Shown here piece by piece: positions 39,483 through 48,781 of a DNA stretch of 64,000 nt (position 1 is its first letter; the number at the start of each line of letters is the position of its first letter). The DNA lies in contig CAXXOA010000001.1 in assembly GCA_963666275.2 (NCBI GenBank), positions 1,312,001 to 1,376,000 of the forward strand. Direction: 5' to 3'. This DNA is from Oceanispirochaeta sp. (GTDB lineage Bacteria; Spirochaetota; Spirochaetia; DSM-2461). Under the pieces are notes generated by a model. It saw nothing but the letters and a program-made list of their open reading frames with translations, was not told the DNA's origin and searched no databases. A program made the position numbers and the translations under genes.

Positions 39483-39738
39483 CCTCCGTCCCCCCATTGT
39501 CTATCCTCCGTCCCCCGGAAAAACAGATATAACCAAAACAGGGGTTTAAAACTGAAAGAGACCTGACTCTCATATGTATTAGTTTTCCCGAATCGTATAG
39601 ACTTTTCGTGAAAGGGACGGAGGTTTTGTTTTAATTGTTGGAGAGAGGGACGGAGGTTTGGTAGGAGTGAGAAAGGTCGAGGGACGGAGGATTTAAGGCG
39701 AGGGACGGAGGATTTAAGGCGAGGGACGGAGGATTTAA
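39483..39738. repeat. Cluster of seven GGGACGGAGG motifs (2 reverse then 5 forward), including a 21-bp unit repeated three times
   Basis: CCTCCGTCCC at 39483 and 39505; GGGACGGAGG at 39614, 39647, 39681, 39702, 39723; tandem unit CGAGGGACGGAGGATTTAAGG. Confidence 0.92.
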
Positions 39739-39745
39739 AAAGGTT

Positions 39746-40204
39746 ATGAGAAGAAAAGATAAGAAAATCCAGGATCAGAAGGTAATTGATGAAATCTTTC
39801 TGAAAAACAAAGTCTGTCGAATAGGGTTTGTTGATGATAACAAGCCTTATGTGATCTCTATGAATTACGGTTATCAGGAGAATCTCATTTATGTGCACAG
39901 TGCTCTGGAAGGCCGGAAAATTGAGATCATTCAAAAGAATAACAGTGTCTGTGTGGAGATCGCCGATGCCATTGAAGTGGTGGACGCTGAAAAAGCTTGT
40001 GATTTCACAACAAAATACCGGTCTCTGGTCTGCGAAGGGAAAATCCATTTTCTCGCAGACTTAGGTGAAAAAAGAGAGGCTCTGGAAAGAATCATGCTGC
40101 ACCATACCGGAAATTCCAATTGGAACATGCCTGATCCTGCTATAGAGAAAATTGCCGTAATGAAGATAGTGCTTCAGACTATCAGCGGGAAGATTTCCGG
40201 ATAG
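39746..40204 (+). CDS. Pyridoxamine 5'-phosphate oxidase-like FMN-binding protein (NimA-related)
   Basis: MRRKDK, PYVISMNYGY, IYVHSALEGRK, YRSLV..G. Confidence 0.88.
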   Translation: MRRKDKKIQDQKVIDEIFLKNKVCRIGFVDDNKPYVISMNYGYQENLIYVHSALEGRKIEIIQKNNSVCVEIADAIEVVDAEKACDFTTKYRSLVCEGKIHFLADLGEKREALERIMLHHTGNSNWNMPDPAIEKIAVMKIVLQTISGKISG

Positions 40205-40291
40205 GTATTTAAAAATGGCATAGAAAGAAGGATAATTTGATTTTATAAAGAGGGGATGAATTAAGATCCCTTAGGCACAATCAGATAATCA

Positions 40292-40320
40292 AAACCGGGA
40301 GTCTTTGGGGATCCCGGTTT
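40292..40320. terminator. Hairpin between convergent genes, probably a bidirectional terminator
   Basis: AAACCGGGA-N11-TCCCGGTTT. Confidence 0.6.
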
Positions 40321-40327
40321 AATTTTA

Positions 40328-41488
40328 TCAATTGGAAGAAACACACCAGATAACGGCGTCATGAGTTGTATCTGTTAAATCATAGGCTGTCTCATTTTCC
40401 CAATAGCGTGCAACTTTAGTTGTTCCTAATGTTGGTTTATCCTCTGTTTCATATCCTACAGAATAAATGTTCCCATCAATGGCAAGTATTTTGAAAATAT
40501 CACAAAAATGATCTGCAGTGTTCAGATTGTGTACTGTTGTATCACTCCAGTAATTCAGCTGTATTAATGATAACTCTGCGTAAGCTTTTGCTGTACAAAA
40601 GACTGTATTATTGTTCACCACAATGTCTTTTAAAAGAGAGGTTCTTGTGTAAGATTCAGCAAGTGAAACTGAAGAAGAAATACTGAAATCAGAAAGGTCC
40701 ATAGTCCAATAAGTTCCAATATCTTTTGATGCAGAAGTAGAGTATTCTGATCCACATATGTAAAGGGTAGTTCCCGATAGATCTAACCCCCATGTTTCTG
40801 CAAAAGTATCAGAAGCAGGAACTGGGTAGGTGTCAAAACCTCCTGTCAGATTGGTTAAATCACCTACATAAACATAAGCGTTTCTATTTGGATAATCAGA
40901 ATCTTCATCAAGATATCCCGTAAGGTATATCTTGTTATTGTCAATAACAAGGTCTCTGGCAACAGGGTAACCACCAGAATCTACAGTATATTTCTGTATT
41001 GTTCCGTTTTGATCAATTTCATAAAGATACAACGCTGTATCTAAGTCATTGGTAAATATATAGATCTTATCATTGAAAATCTGAAAATCCTGTCCATTTA
41101 GATAGCTGTCTGGTAATTCTTTTATTAACTGAGAGTTTTTATAATAACAGAGAGTATCGTCCGTTCCATTAAAAACAAGTGCATATATGTCATCTTCATA
41201 AATTACTATATCCTGTACTGTCGTATAATCAGAACCATCTAAAAGGGGAATTTCAACTATATCTGATTTGTTGTTTTTATCAACTTTCCAGATTGTGGCA
41301 ACTCCATCATTTCTACCACCAAAATACAGAAATGTTTTAGAAATTGTTGAATCCTCATTTTCCTGTTCGCTATTGGAGCTTTCCTGATCTTGAGCGTTTT
41401 CATCGTCTTCTTTATCACTCATAGCAGGATTTTCACATCCAATAAAAATAATTATAACAAAAATGAGAAAAATAATAGTTTTTTTCAT
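40328..41488 (-). CDS. AT-rich lipoprotein with a probable beta-propeller
   Basis: Start MKKTIIFLIFVIIIFIGC (lipobox) at 41488 with GAGG RBS; repeated 'DIV.....IY..GY' blades. Confidence 0.75.
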   Translation of the reverse strand: MKKTIIFLIFVIIIFIGCENPAMSDKEDDENAQDQESSNSEQENEDSTISKTFLYFGGRNDGVATIWKVDKNNKSDIVEIPLLDGSDYTTVQDIVIYEDDIYALVFNGTDDTLCYYKNSQLIKELPDSYLNGQDFQIFNDKIYIFTNDLDTALYLYEIDQNGTIQKYTVDSGGYPVARDLVIDNNKIYLTGYLDEDSDYPNRNAYVYVGDLTNLTGGFDTYPVPASDTFAETWGLDLSGTTLYICGSEYSTSASKDIGTYWTMDLSDFSISSSVSLAESYTRTSLLKDIVVNNNTVFCTAKAYAELSLIQLNYWSDTTVHNLNTADHFCDIFKILAIDGNIYSVGYETEDKPTLGTTKVARYWENETAYDLTDTTHDAVIWCVSSN

Positions 41489-41630
41489 AATAAGTATTTC
41501 CTCGTTTATTTTAGAAAGACAATACCATATTAAAAATATACACTCAAGTGATTTTTCAGAGAAATGAACAGAAGATCCGATTAAATAGATTCTTATCATG
41601 TATTACTTGTGTATTACATGGTGGTACATG

Positions 41631-41640
41631 GGGACGGAGG
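41631..41640 (+). repeat. GGGACGGAGG motif upstream of the RAYT
   Basis: Exact copy 65 bp before the transposase ATG. Confidence 0.8.
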
Positions 41641-41704
41641 ATCTTTTCGAGAAAATAATTTTAGGAATTGAATCAGCCATACACTTTCTTCTGTTAATAG
41701 TAAC

Positions 41705-42199
41705 ATGAGAAAACCAAGATTAACCCGACAGGGTGCGACGTATCATGTCACGGCCAAAACCAACAGAGGAGAGTTTATATTTGAAGATGACAATATCAAA
41801 GAGCTCTTCTGTTCGGTTGTAGATGAATCCAGAGATCGCTATGATTTCCGCCTAACTAATTATTCTGTAATGACTAATCATGTTCATATGCTCATCGAAC
41901 CATTAGAGGGAACAGAATTATCAAGAATGCTTCAATGGATCTTCAGCGTTTTTGCCTGCCGGTATAACAAAATGACAGGACAGAAGGGCCATGTCTGGTA
42001 CGACCGGTTCAAGAGTAAAATTGTCAGGACTTTTCTTCAGTGGATTAATACCTTCAATTACATCACCAATAATCCTGTGAAAGCAGGATTGTGTCACTCT
42101 CCTGAGAAATATTTCTACAGCGGCATGCATGAACTGAAGAAAAAGCGGTTTAGGCTGCTCAATCCACCGGATAACTGGATCTCAGCTCTGTTTCAATAA
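41705..42199 (+). CDS. REP-associated tyrosine transposase (RAYT; HUH Y1 family)
   Basis: YHVTAKTNRGEFIF, SVMTNHVHML (HUH), GHVWYDRFKS, YITNNPVKAGLC (catalytic Tyr, NPVKAG). Confidence 0.9.
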   Translation: MRKPRLTRQGATYHVTAKTNRGEFIFEDDNIKELFCSVVDESRDRYDFRLTNYSVMTNHVHMLIEPLEGTELSRMLQWIFSVFACRYNKMTGQKGHVWYDRFKSKIVRTFLQWINTFNYITNNPVKAGLCHSPEKYFYSGMHELKKKRFRLLNPPDNWISALFQ

Positions 42200-42482
42200 A
42201 ATTTCTTATCTGAATCAGAGAAAACTCACGTTTGCATGTATCAATATTAATTGAAAAACATCCTCCTTTTACTGATAACAGGCTAGTTGTATTCTGCAAA
42301 TAAGCTGAATGAATTATTGATACACAAAACTCCTATTTTATTTTTTAAAAAATATCATCTTAAACAATCAAATCTGTGGTTTTGTGACTTCTAAGACTCT
42401 CTTTATTGATCCTATTTGGTTTGACCCCGGGAATTAAAAGAGAAAATAGGCCCTTTATGCTGAAAAATGCTGATTTTTTAAG

Positions 42483-42568
42483 CCTCCGTCCCTTAAATTA
42501 GCGGTCAGGATAGCCTCCTTCCCGCTTTTTCCCCGCTGCTTCTTCTTTACCTTCCATGCCTCCGTCCC
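42483..42568. repeat. CCTCCGTCCC motifs downstream of the RAYT
   Basis: Exact copies at 42483-42492 and 42559-42568; one-mismatch copy CCTCCTTCCC at 42514-42523. Confidence 0.8.
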
Positions 42569-42739
42569 TGAACAAATGATTTTTATTACTGTTTTTCTAC
42601 GAAAAAACCATACTCATAAGTCCCGGATATGTAAAAATATATTGAATTAACCTCGAGAAAAGAGCTGTATAACTGCTGTTTATGTCGGTATAGATTTATC
42701 GAAAAAGGTTTACAAATCTAACTAATAGAGTAAAAATAT

Positions 42740-42840
42740 ACCTGCCGAGCGAAACTCCTAAGCCGGGCCGGAACGGTAGGGAATTATGCCGATAGGGTCT
42801 TTCTGGAAACGGATAGGCCTCCCATTGTGGAAAGGCGAAG
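42740..42840 (+). ncRNA. Moco/Tuco riboswitch (molybdenum/tungsten cofactor RNA motif)
   Basis: CCGAGC...CCTAAG...CGGT...AGGGT...GAAA...GCCTCCC...TGGAAAGG pattern in the leader of the tupA-moa operon. Confidence 0.82.
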
Positions 42841-42914
42841 ATACAAAACTGGATGAAAAAATTCTGAAATGCGTCTCTATCGCCTTCAATAATCTTATTT
42901 ATTGGAGATCTTGA

Positions 42915-43739
42915 ATGTTTACTAGAAAGAATGTTTTAACAGTGATCATGGCTCTGGCCATGGTCTTTTCCGTGACTGCGGGGGGAAAGAAAGAAGAACC
43001 CCAGCACATCAAACTGGCTACCACAACAAGTACCGAAAACTCAGGCCTTCTGGCGGAACTCCTTCCTGTTTTTCTTGAGGAGGAGAATATCCAGGTGGAT
43101 GTTATTGCTGTAGGTACAGGTAAAGCGATCGCCCATGGTGAAAACGGGGATGTGGATGTCATCCTTGTTCATGCCAGAAGCCGGGAAGATGCGTTTGTCA
43201 ATGATGGTTTCGGTGTGAACCGCCGGGATGTGATGCACAACGACTTTGTTGTTCTGGGACCTGAAAGCGATCCTGCCGGGATCAGCGGTATGAGTGATGC
43301 GGCAGCAGCTTTTTCCAAGATTGCCGCTTCCGGATCCGATTTCCTTTCAAGAGGAGATGACTCGGGAACCCATACAAAAGAGAAGGCCATCTGGGCTTCA
43401 GCCAATGAATCCCACGAAGGTACCTGGTACAAAGAAGTGGGGCAGGGTATGGGAACTGTCCTGACCATGACGTCTGAAGTGCAGGGGTATACCCTTACCG
43501 ACAGAGGTACATGGCTGGCAATGAAGGACAATCTGGATCTGGCTGTTCTTGTAGAGGGAGATCCCGTCCTTTTCAATCCCTATGGTGTTATTGCTGTCAA
43601 TCCCGAATTGCACTCTCATGTCAATTACGAGGGCGCTATGAAGTTTGTTGACTTTCTGACTTCAGAAACCGGTCAGAATGTGATCAAAAACTTTCAGAAG
43701 AACGGGGAACAGCTGTTCTACCCGGATGCTCTGAAGTAG
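42915..43739 (+). CDS. tupA: Tungstate ABC transporter substrate-binding protein
   Basis: ATTTSTENSGLL (TTTS motif), GTGKA, VH, SRGDDSGTH, YTLTDRGT. Confidence 0.93.
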   Translation: MFTRKNVLTVIMALAMVFSVTAGGKKEEPQHIKLATTTSTENSGLLAELLPVFLEEENIQVDVIAVGTGKAIAHGENGDVDVILVHARSREDAFVNDGFGVNRRDVMHNDFVVLGPESDPAGISGMSDAAAAFSKIAASGSDFLSRGDDSGTHTKEKAIWASANESHEGTWYKEVGQGMGTVLTMTSEVQGYTLTDRGTWLAMKDNLDLAVLVEGDPVLFNPYGVIAVNPELHSHVNYEGAMKFVDFLTSETGQNVIKNFQKNGEQLFYPDALK

Positions 43740-43747
43740 GAAAGACA

Positions 43748-44428
43748 ATGTCAGCTTTAAGAGATGCGATTGAACTGATAATTTCGGGAGATAGAGAACT
43801 CTTCACTATCTGCCTTACTTCTCTCAGATTTTCCGGTACTTCCATACTGATTGCCTCTCTGGCGGGAATTCCTCTGGGATTCCTGCTTAAGCTGAAGAAT
43901 TTTTCAGGCAGGAAACTTGTCCTGGTTATTTTAAACAGTCTGATGGCCCTGCCCACTGTTGTGGTGGGTCTTCTTGTCTATGCTTTTATCTGCCGTTCCG
44001 GTCCCTTCGGTCAGTGGGGGCTCCTTTTTACTCCTGCCGCTGTCATCATCGGACAGGTTATTCTTGTACTTCCCATTCTGACCTCCATGGTTTACGGCAG
44101 TGTTTCCGATATGGATCCCCGGCTCCCGGAAACTCTGAAAACTCTGGGGGCCACAGGGAGTTCCTACTATGCTATGCTTGTCAGGGAGATGCGGGGACCC
44201 ATCCTTTCAGCTGTTCTGGCGGGATTCGGAAGAGCTGTGGGCGAAGTTGGTGTTTCCATGATGCTGGGAGGAAATATCCGGTGGTTTACAAGAACCATTA
44301 CTACCACCATTTCCCTGCAGACCAGTAAGGGGGAGTTTGAACTGGCTCTGGCACTGGGAATTATCCTTATGATAATAGCTTTTACACTGAATTTTCTTAT
44401 TCATCTGGCGGTGGGTTATGAGCACTGA
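43748..44428 (+). CDS. tupB: Tungstate ABC transporter permease
   Basis: LPTVVVGL, GFGRAVGEVG..MMLGGNI. Confidence 0.92.
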   Translation: MSALRDAIELIISGDRELFTICLTSLRFSGTSILIASLAGIPLGFLLKLKNFSGRKLVLVILNSLMALPTVVVGLLVYAFICRSGPFGQWGLLFTPAAVIIGQVILVLPILTSMVYGSVSDMDPRLPETLKTLGATGSSYYAMLVREMRGPILSAVLAGFGRAVGEVGVSMMLGGNIRWFTRTITTTISLQTSKGEFELALALGIILMIIAFTLNFLIHLAVGYEH

Positions 44429-45407
44429 TATTTTTCATATTCAGAATCTCATATTCCAGTATAAAACAGTGAAAAATTCCCCGGTAAACAGACCGGTTCT
44501 GGATATCCCCCACCTGGATTTTAAAAAGAATTCCATTACTGTTATCAGAGGGCATAACGGTTCCGGGAAAACAACTCTTCTGAAGCTGCTCAACGGCCTC
44601 TATGAACCTGTATCCGGAAATATAGATGGCAATGGATCCCGTTCCGTTCTGGTACAGCAGGAACCCTACCTGTTCCACGGATCTGTACAGCATAATCTGA
44701 CGGCTCCCCTGCGGTTCAAAAAGGAGAAGATCCGCAGCGGCAGTGAAAAAGTCAGTGCGGCTCTCGCCATGGTGGGACTTGAGGGGTTTGAAAAACGCCG
44801 GGCCCGGGAACTTTCGGGGGGAGAAAAGAAACGGATCGCCATTGCCAGGGCTCTCATGACAGAACCGGATGTTCTGCTCCTGGATGAGCCGGATGCGAAT
44901 GTTGACAGCACCACAGCGGGGGAGCTGGAGAATCTCTTCAGGACTTTGAAAAAAAGGGGAATCTCAATCATTCTCTGTTCCCATAACAAAGGGTTCGCCT
45001 ACCGCTGCTGCGATCAGATAATCGATCTCTATCAGGGGCGGCCTGTTGATCATGATGAAAATATTTTTGAAGGAAAATATCTTTATCAGAAGGATGTCCT
45101 TTCATGGTTTCAGACTTCCGGGTGGACCTTTTGCTGTCCCACTCTTCAGGGGGAATTCACCAAAGCGGTCATCTCTCCGGAAAGCTTCACCTTTATACCC
45201 GAACATGCGGAGGATACTGGACGGAATATTATCAATGCCCGTATCCTCTCTATATATCCCCAGAAAAAGGGGCTGAATACAGTGACTCTCAAGGGGCCGG
45301 TGGAACTCAGGATGCGCATGAGTGATGCGGAGTTGACTCTGTCAAAACTGAAAGTCGGTGATGAGATCCGGCTGCTCTTTGAACCCTCATCGGTGAAACT
45401 CTATTAA
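44418..45407 (+). CDS. tupC: Tungstate ABC transporter ATPase with C-terminal TOBE-like region
   Basis: GHNGSGKT, LSGGE, LLLDEP, SH; operon context. Confidence 0.85.
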   Translation: MSTDIFHIQNLIFQYKTVKNSPVNRPVLDIPHLDFKKNSITVIRGHNGSGKTTLLKLLNGLYEPVSGNIDGNGSRSVLVQQEPYLFHGSVQHNLTAPLRFKKEKIRSGSEKVSAALAMVGLEGFEKRRARELSGGEKKRIAIARALMTEPDVLLLDEPDANVDSTTAGELENLFRTLKKRGISIILCSHNKGFAYRCCDQIIDLYQGRPVDHDENIFEGKYLYQKDVLSWFQTSGWTFCCPTLQGEFTKAVISPESFTFIPEHAEDTGRNIINARILSIYPQKKGLNTVTLKGPVELRMRMSDAELTLSKLKVGDEIRLLFEPSSVKLY

Positions 45408-45424
45408 ACAAGGATTGAAATGCA

Positions 45425-46591
45425 ATGTTGGATGTAAAAGACATACGGGCAATTTTAGATCGGTATCCTGTCTCCCCCCGGGAGGAACATGTTCCTCTCG
45501 AAAAGGCTGACGGCCGGTTCCTTTTCAAAGATATTGTCTCTACTCTGGACTCTCCGCCATTTGACAAGGCGGCTATGGACGGATGGGCAGTCATAGAAAA
45601 TGAATCCTCATCTCAGCTGGATATCATTGAGACAGTGGCTGCCGGAGATGTTCCCGAATCCTCTTTATCATCCGGTAAATGCGCTGCCATTATGACGGGA
45701 GCCAAAATCCCCGAAGGAACCGGAAAGATTATACGGGTGGAGTATTCCCGCAGGGAAGGGGACCGGGTATTCATAGAAAAAGAGGAACCCCTTGTGAATA
45801 TAATCCGTCAGGGGGAGAATCTGAAAAAAGGGGATACAGTCCTGACGCCCCGCATGCTGGGGCCCGGTGACATCGGAATCCTGGCCAGTCTGGGCCTGGC
45901 GGAAATCCCTGTGGCCGTGACTCCCTCCATCGGTATTATCACCACAGGTTCGGAGCTGAAAGAACCGGGAGAGTCCCTTCTGGACGGTCAGATCTACAAC
46001 AGCAACGGTCATCAGCTGAAAGCTCAGGCACGGCGCTGCGGCTGTTCTGTGAACTACTACGGAATCATTCCCGATGATGAGGATCATCTGTTCCGCACTA
46101 TTGAAACAGCCCTGAAAGAGAGTGATATCCTTATCCTTTCCGGGGGTGTTTCCATGGGGGAATTTGATTTTGTCCCCTCCACGCTGGAGAAACTCGGGGT
46201 TAAACAGATCTTCTACAAAGCGGCCATCAAACCGGGGCGTCCCCTCTGGTTCGGCGGCTCCGATGAGTGCGCCGTGTTCGGACTTCCGGGAAATCCTGTT
46301 TCCACCTATATCCTTTTCGAGGTTTTTGTCAAACACCTTATCTACCGCTTCTGCGGACAGGATTACAAACCCGACTATCTGAACGGATTCCTGGGAAAAA
46401 CAATCAGAAGAAGAACCTGGGACCGTACGGAATTCCTCCCTGTCTATTTCCAGGACGGCAAGGTCTTTCCGGTGCGATATCATGGTTCCTCCCATCTGAA
46501 TGCCATGGCACTGGCCCATGGTCTTCTCACTATAGAGAAGGGAACCCAGACTGTTGAAGAAGGAGAGACTGTTCATGTTAGACTCTTATAA
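45425..46591 (+). CDS. moeA: Molybdopterin molybdenum/tungsten transferase
   Basis: PPFDKAAMDGWA, IMTGA, TTGSEL, SGGVSMG, KPGRP, GLPGNPVS. Confidence 0.95.
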   Translation: MLDVKDIRAILDRYPVSPREEHVPLEKADGRFLFKDIVSTLDSPPFDKAAMDGWAVIENESSSQLDIIETVAAGDVPESSLSSGKCAAIMTGAKIPEGTGKIIRVEYSRREGDRVFIEKEEPLVNIIRQGENLKKGDTVLTPRMLGPGDIGILASLGLAEIPVAVTPSIGIITTGSELKEPGESLLDGQIYNSNGHQLKAQARRCGCSVNYYGIIPDDEDHLFRTIETALKESDILILSGGVSMGEFDFVPSTLEKLGVKQIFYKAAIKPGRPLWFGGSDECAVFGLPGNPVSTYILFEVFVKHLIYRFCGQDYKPDYLNGFLGKTIRRRTWDRTEFLPVYFQDGKVFPVRYHGSSHLNAMALAHGLLTIEKGTQTVEEGETVHVRLL

Positions 46592-47378
46592 TAGGGAAAT
46601 CTCCTACCTCAGGATCTCCGTGACAGACAGGTGCAATCTCCGCTGCATCTACTGCATGCCGGAAGAGGGCGTTCCTCTGCGGGACCATGGGGACTGCCTG
46701 AGTTTTGAAGACATCGTGAAAATCGCCCGGGAGGCTGCCTCTCTGGGGATCAGAAAAGTCCGTTTGACCGGCGGAGAACCTCTGGTCAGAAAGGGCATTG
46801 TCGATCTGGTGGGAATGTTACGGCAGATTGAGGGAATAGAGCTCATTACCATGACCACCAACGGCTACAGCCTGGACAGATATGCCCGGCCCCTGAAGGA
46901 AGCGGGCCTGGACAGTGTGAATATTTCATTGGATACGCTTGATCCGGATAAGTACTCCCATCTGACCCGGGGAGGAGATATCAGCAATGTACTGAGAGGC
47001 ATTGATGCAGCCTGTGAAGCGGGATTTCCTATCAAATTGAATATGGTGGTTACCGAAGAAACCGGAGCGGGAGAAGTGGACAGGATGAGAGAGTTCTGCC
47101 GCAGCAAAGGGGTCAGGCTTCAGCAGATCAGAGAGTACTCTCTGAAAGAGGATAAAGAGGAACATGATGATATTACCTATCACAGGCCTCCTCCCTGCAG
47201 CCAATGCAACAGAATCAGGCTCCTTTCCAATGGAAGGATCAAACCCTGCCTTCATTCGGATCATGAAATCATCATAGATAAAGATGACATCAGGAGCAGC
47301 CTGATGGAGGCAATACAGAATAAACCCCGCTGCGGAACAGTCTGCAGCACTCGAAATATGGTAGAAATCGGAGGATAA
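46575..47378 (+). CDS. moaA: GTP 3',8-cyclase (short form)
   Basis: YLRISVTDRCNLRCIYCMP, RLTGGEP, CSQCNRIRL...KPCL, C-terminal IGG; start MLDSYNR. Confidence 0.9.
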   Translation: MLDSYNREISYLRISVTDRCNLRCIYCMPEEGVPLRDHGDCLSFEDIVKIAREAASLGIRKVRLTGGEPLVRKGIVDLVGMLRQIEGIELITMTTNGYSLDRYARPLKEAGLDSVNISLDTLDPDKYSHLTRGGDISNVLRGIDAACEAGFPIKLNMVVTEETGAGEVDRMREFCRSKGVRLQQIREYSLKEDKEEHDDITYHRPPPCSQCNRIRLLSNGRIKPCLHSDHEIIIDKDDIRSSLMEAIQNKPRCGTVCSTRNMVEIGG

Positions 47379-47380
47379 AA

Positions 47381-47839
47381 GTGGAATTTTCCCATGTAGA
47401 CGGATCAGGAAAGGCAAAAATGGTTGATGTCTCGGCCAAGCCGGTGATCCATAGAACAGCTACCGCAGAAGGGATGATCCTCTGCGGCGAAAATACAATG
47501 CGTCTGATCCGGGAGAATCAGATTAAAAAAGGCGATGTCCTGACTGTGGCCCAGATTGCCGGCGTTATGGCGGCCAAGCAGACCTCTTCTCTGATCCCTC
47601 TGTGTCATAATATTTCCATGGATCAGGTCACAGTGGATCTTTTTCCCGAGGATAAGGGGATCAGAATCCTGGCTAAAGCGGTCTGTACGGATAAAACAGG
47701 AATAGAGATGGAAGCATTGACGGCCGTCTCCCTGGCGGCTCTCACGGTCTATGACATGTGCAAAGCCGTGGACAAATCCATGGAGATTACAGGAATCAGG
47801 CTCCTTGAAAAAACGAAAAAGGAAATGGATCGGTCATGA
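47381..47839 (+). CDS. moaC: Cyclic pyranopterin monophosphate synthase
   Basis: MVDVSAK, LIPLCH, TGIEMEALT, YDMCKAVD. Confidence 0.95.
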   Translation: MEFSHVDGSGKAKMVDVSAKPVIHRTATAEGMILCGENTMRLIRENQIKKGDVLTVAQIAGVMAAKQTSSLIPLCHNISMDQVTVDLFPEDKGIRILAKAVCTDKTGIEMEALTAVSLAALTVYDMCKAVDKSMEITGIRLLEKTKKEMDRS

Positions 47840-48279
47840 AAAAAGTTGAGTTTTCCCTCCTGTCCCTGAATATTTCCGAAAAAAAAGGGGTCCAGAAAAA
47901 ACCTGTGGATTCTATGGAACTCCGGGTAGATCACGGGATCGTCGGTGATGCCCATGCGGCGGACTGGCACCGCCAGATTTCAATGCTCGCCAACGAGGAC
48001 GCCGATACGATCCGCGGAAAGGGCATGGAAATCGGATTCGGGGATTTTGCTGAAAATATAACCACCAGCGGTGTGGAGCTCAGCGCTCTGCCCCTGGGAA
48101 CCAGAATCTTCCTGGGAGAGTGCGAAACCGAGATTACCCAGATAGGGAAAGAGTGTCATCAGCACTGTGCTATCTACCATACCACAGGTGACTGCGTCAT
48201 GCCCCGGAAGGGGATCTTTGTGAAAGTACTGAAAGGAGGAACCATCACCCGTGAAAGTAACTGTTATTACTGTCAGTGA
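47836..48279 (+). CDS. MOSC-domain protein
   Basis: GDAHA..WHRQIS, GDFAENI, TQIGKECH..C.I....GDCVMP. Confidence 0.9.
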   Translation: MKKVEFSLLSLNISEKKGVQKKPVDSMELRVDHGIVGDAHAADWHRQISMLANEDADTIRGKGMEIGFGDFAENITTSGVELSALPLGTRIFLGECETEITQIGKECHQHCAIYHTTGDCVMPRKGIFVKVLKGGTITRESNCYYCQ

Positions 48280-48718
48280 CCGGGCCAGCCGGGGGGAGTA
48301 TGAAGACCTCTCTGGGCCTGAAATTGAAATGATTCTGAAAGAGTCCTATCCGGATGCCCTGATAGAAAGGGTCATTGTTCCCGATGAAGCTCCGGATATA
48401 AGAAACGCCCTCAAAGACGCCGGGAGCAGTGATTTTATCCTGACCACCGGCGGTACGGGGATCTCTCCCCGGGATATAACCGCTGATGTCACCCGGGATT
48501 TCTGCGATCGCGAACTTCCCGGTATTGCCGAAATCCTCAGAGCCGAGTCATACAGGGAAACGCCCCAGGCCATGCTCAGCAGAGGATATGCAGGGCTGAA
48601 AAATCAGACGATCATCATAAACTTTCCCGGGTCAGTCAAGGCTGTCCGCCTATGCACCAGAACTGTCCTGCCGATCCTGGGGCACTCCATCAAAATGCTC
48701 AGAGGGGAGGGGCACTGA
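48251..48718 (+). CDS. mog: Molybdopterin adenylyltransferase (Mog/MoaB)
   Basis: ITVSDR, DLSGP, TTGGTGISPRDIT, LSRG, NFPGS. Confidence 0.9.
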   Translation: MKVTVITVSDRASRGEYEDLSGPEIEMILKESYPDALIERVIVPDEAPDIRNALKDAGSSDFILTTGGTGISPRDITADVTRDFCDRELPGIAEILRAESYRETPQAMLSRGYAGLKNQTIIINFPGSVKAVRLCTRTVLPILGHSIKMLRGEGH

Positions 48719-48781
48719 TTTTTCTCCTCCCACCCTGTCCGGGAGGATCCCGGGGGGACGTTTTCTTCTGTTCCCCAGTCA

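Noticed and set aside
39678..39738. CRISPR array
   Set aside because: The 21-bp units are directly tandem with no unique spacers, and there are no cas genes in the window.
39452..40048. 198-aa minus-strand ORF with KSSVPRL repeats
   Set aside because: It is antisense to the NimA-like gene, and the peptide repeat is just the translated DNA repeat.
32000..41600. Integron cassette array
   Set aside because: The genes are co-oriented, but I found no attC-like sites and no integron integrase, and several genes overlap as operons.
41705..42199. IS200/IS605 element
   Set aside because: No tnpB and no subterminal hairpins seen; the NPVKAG motif and flanking repeats fit a RAYT better.
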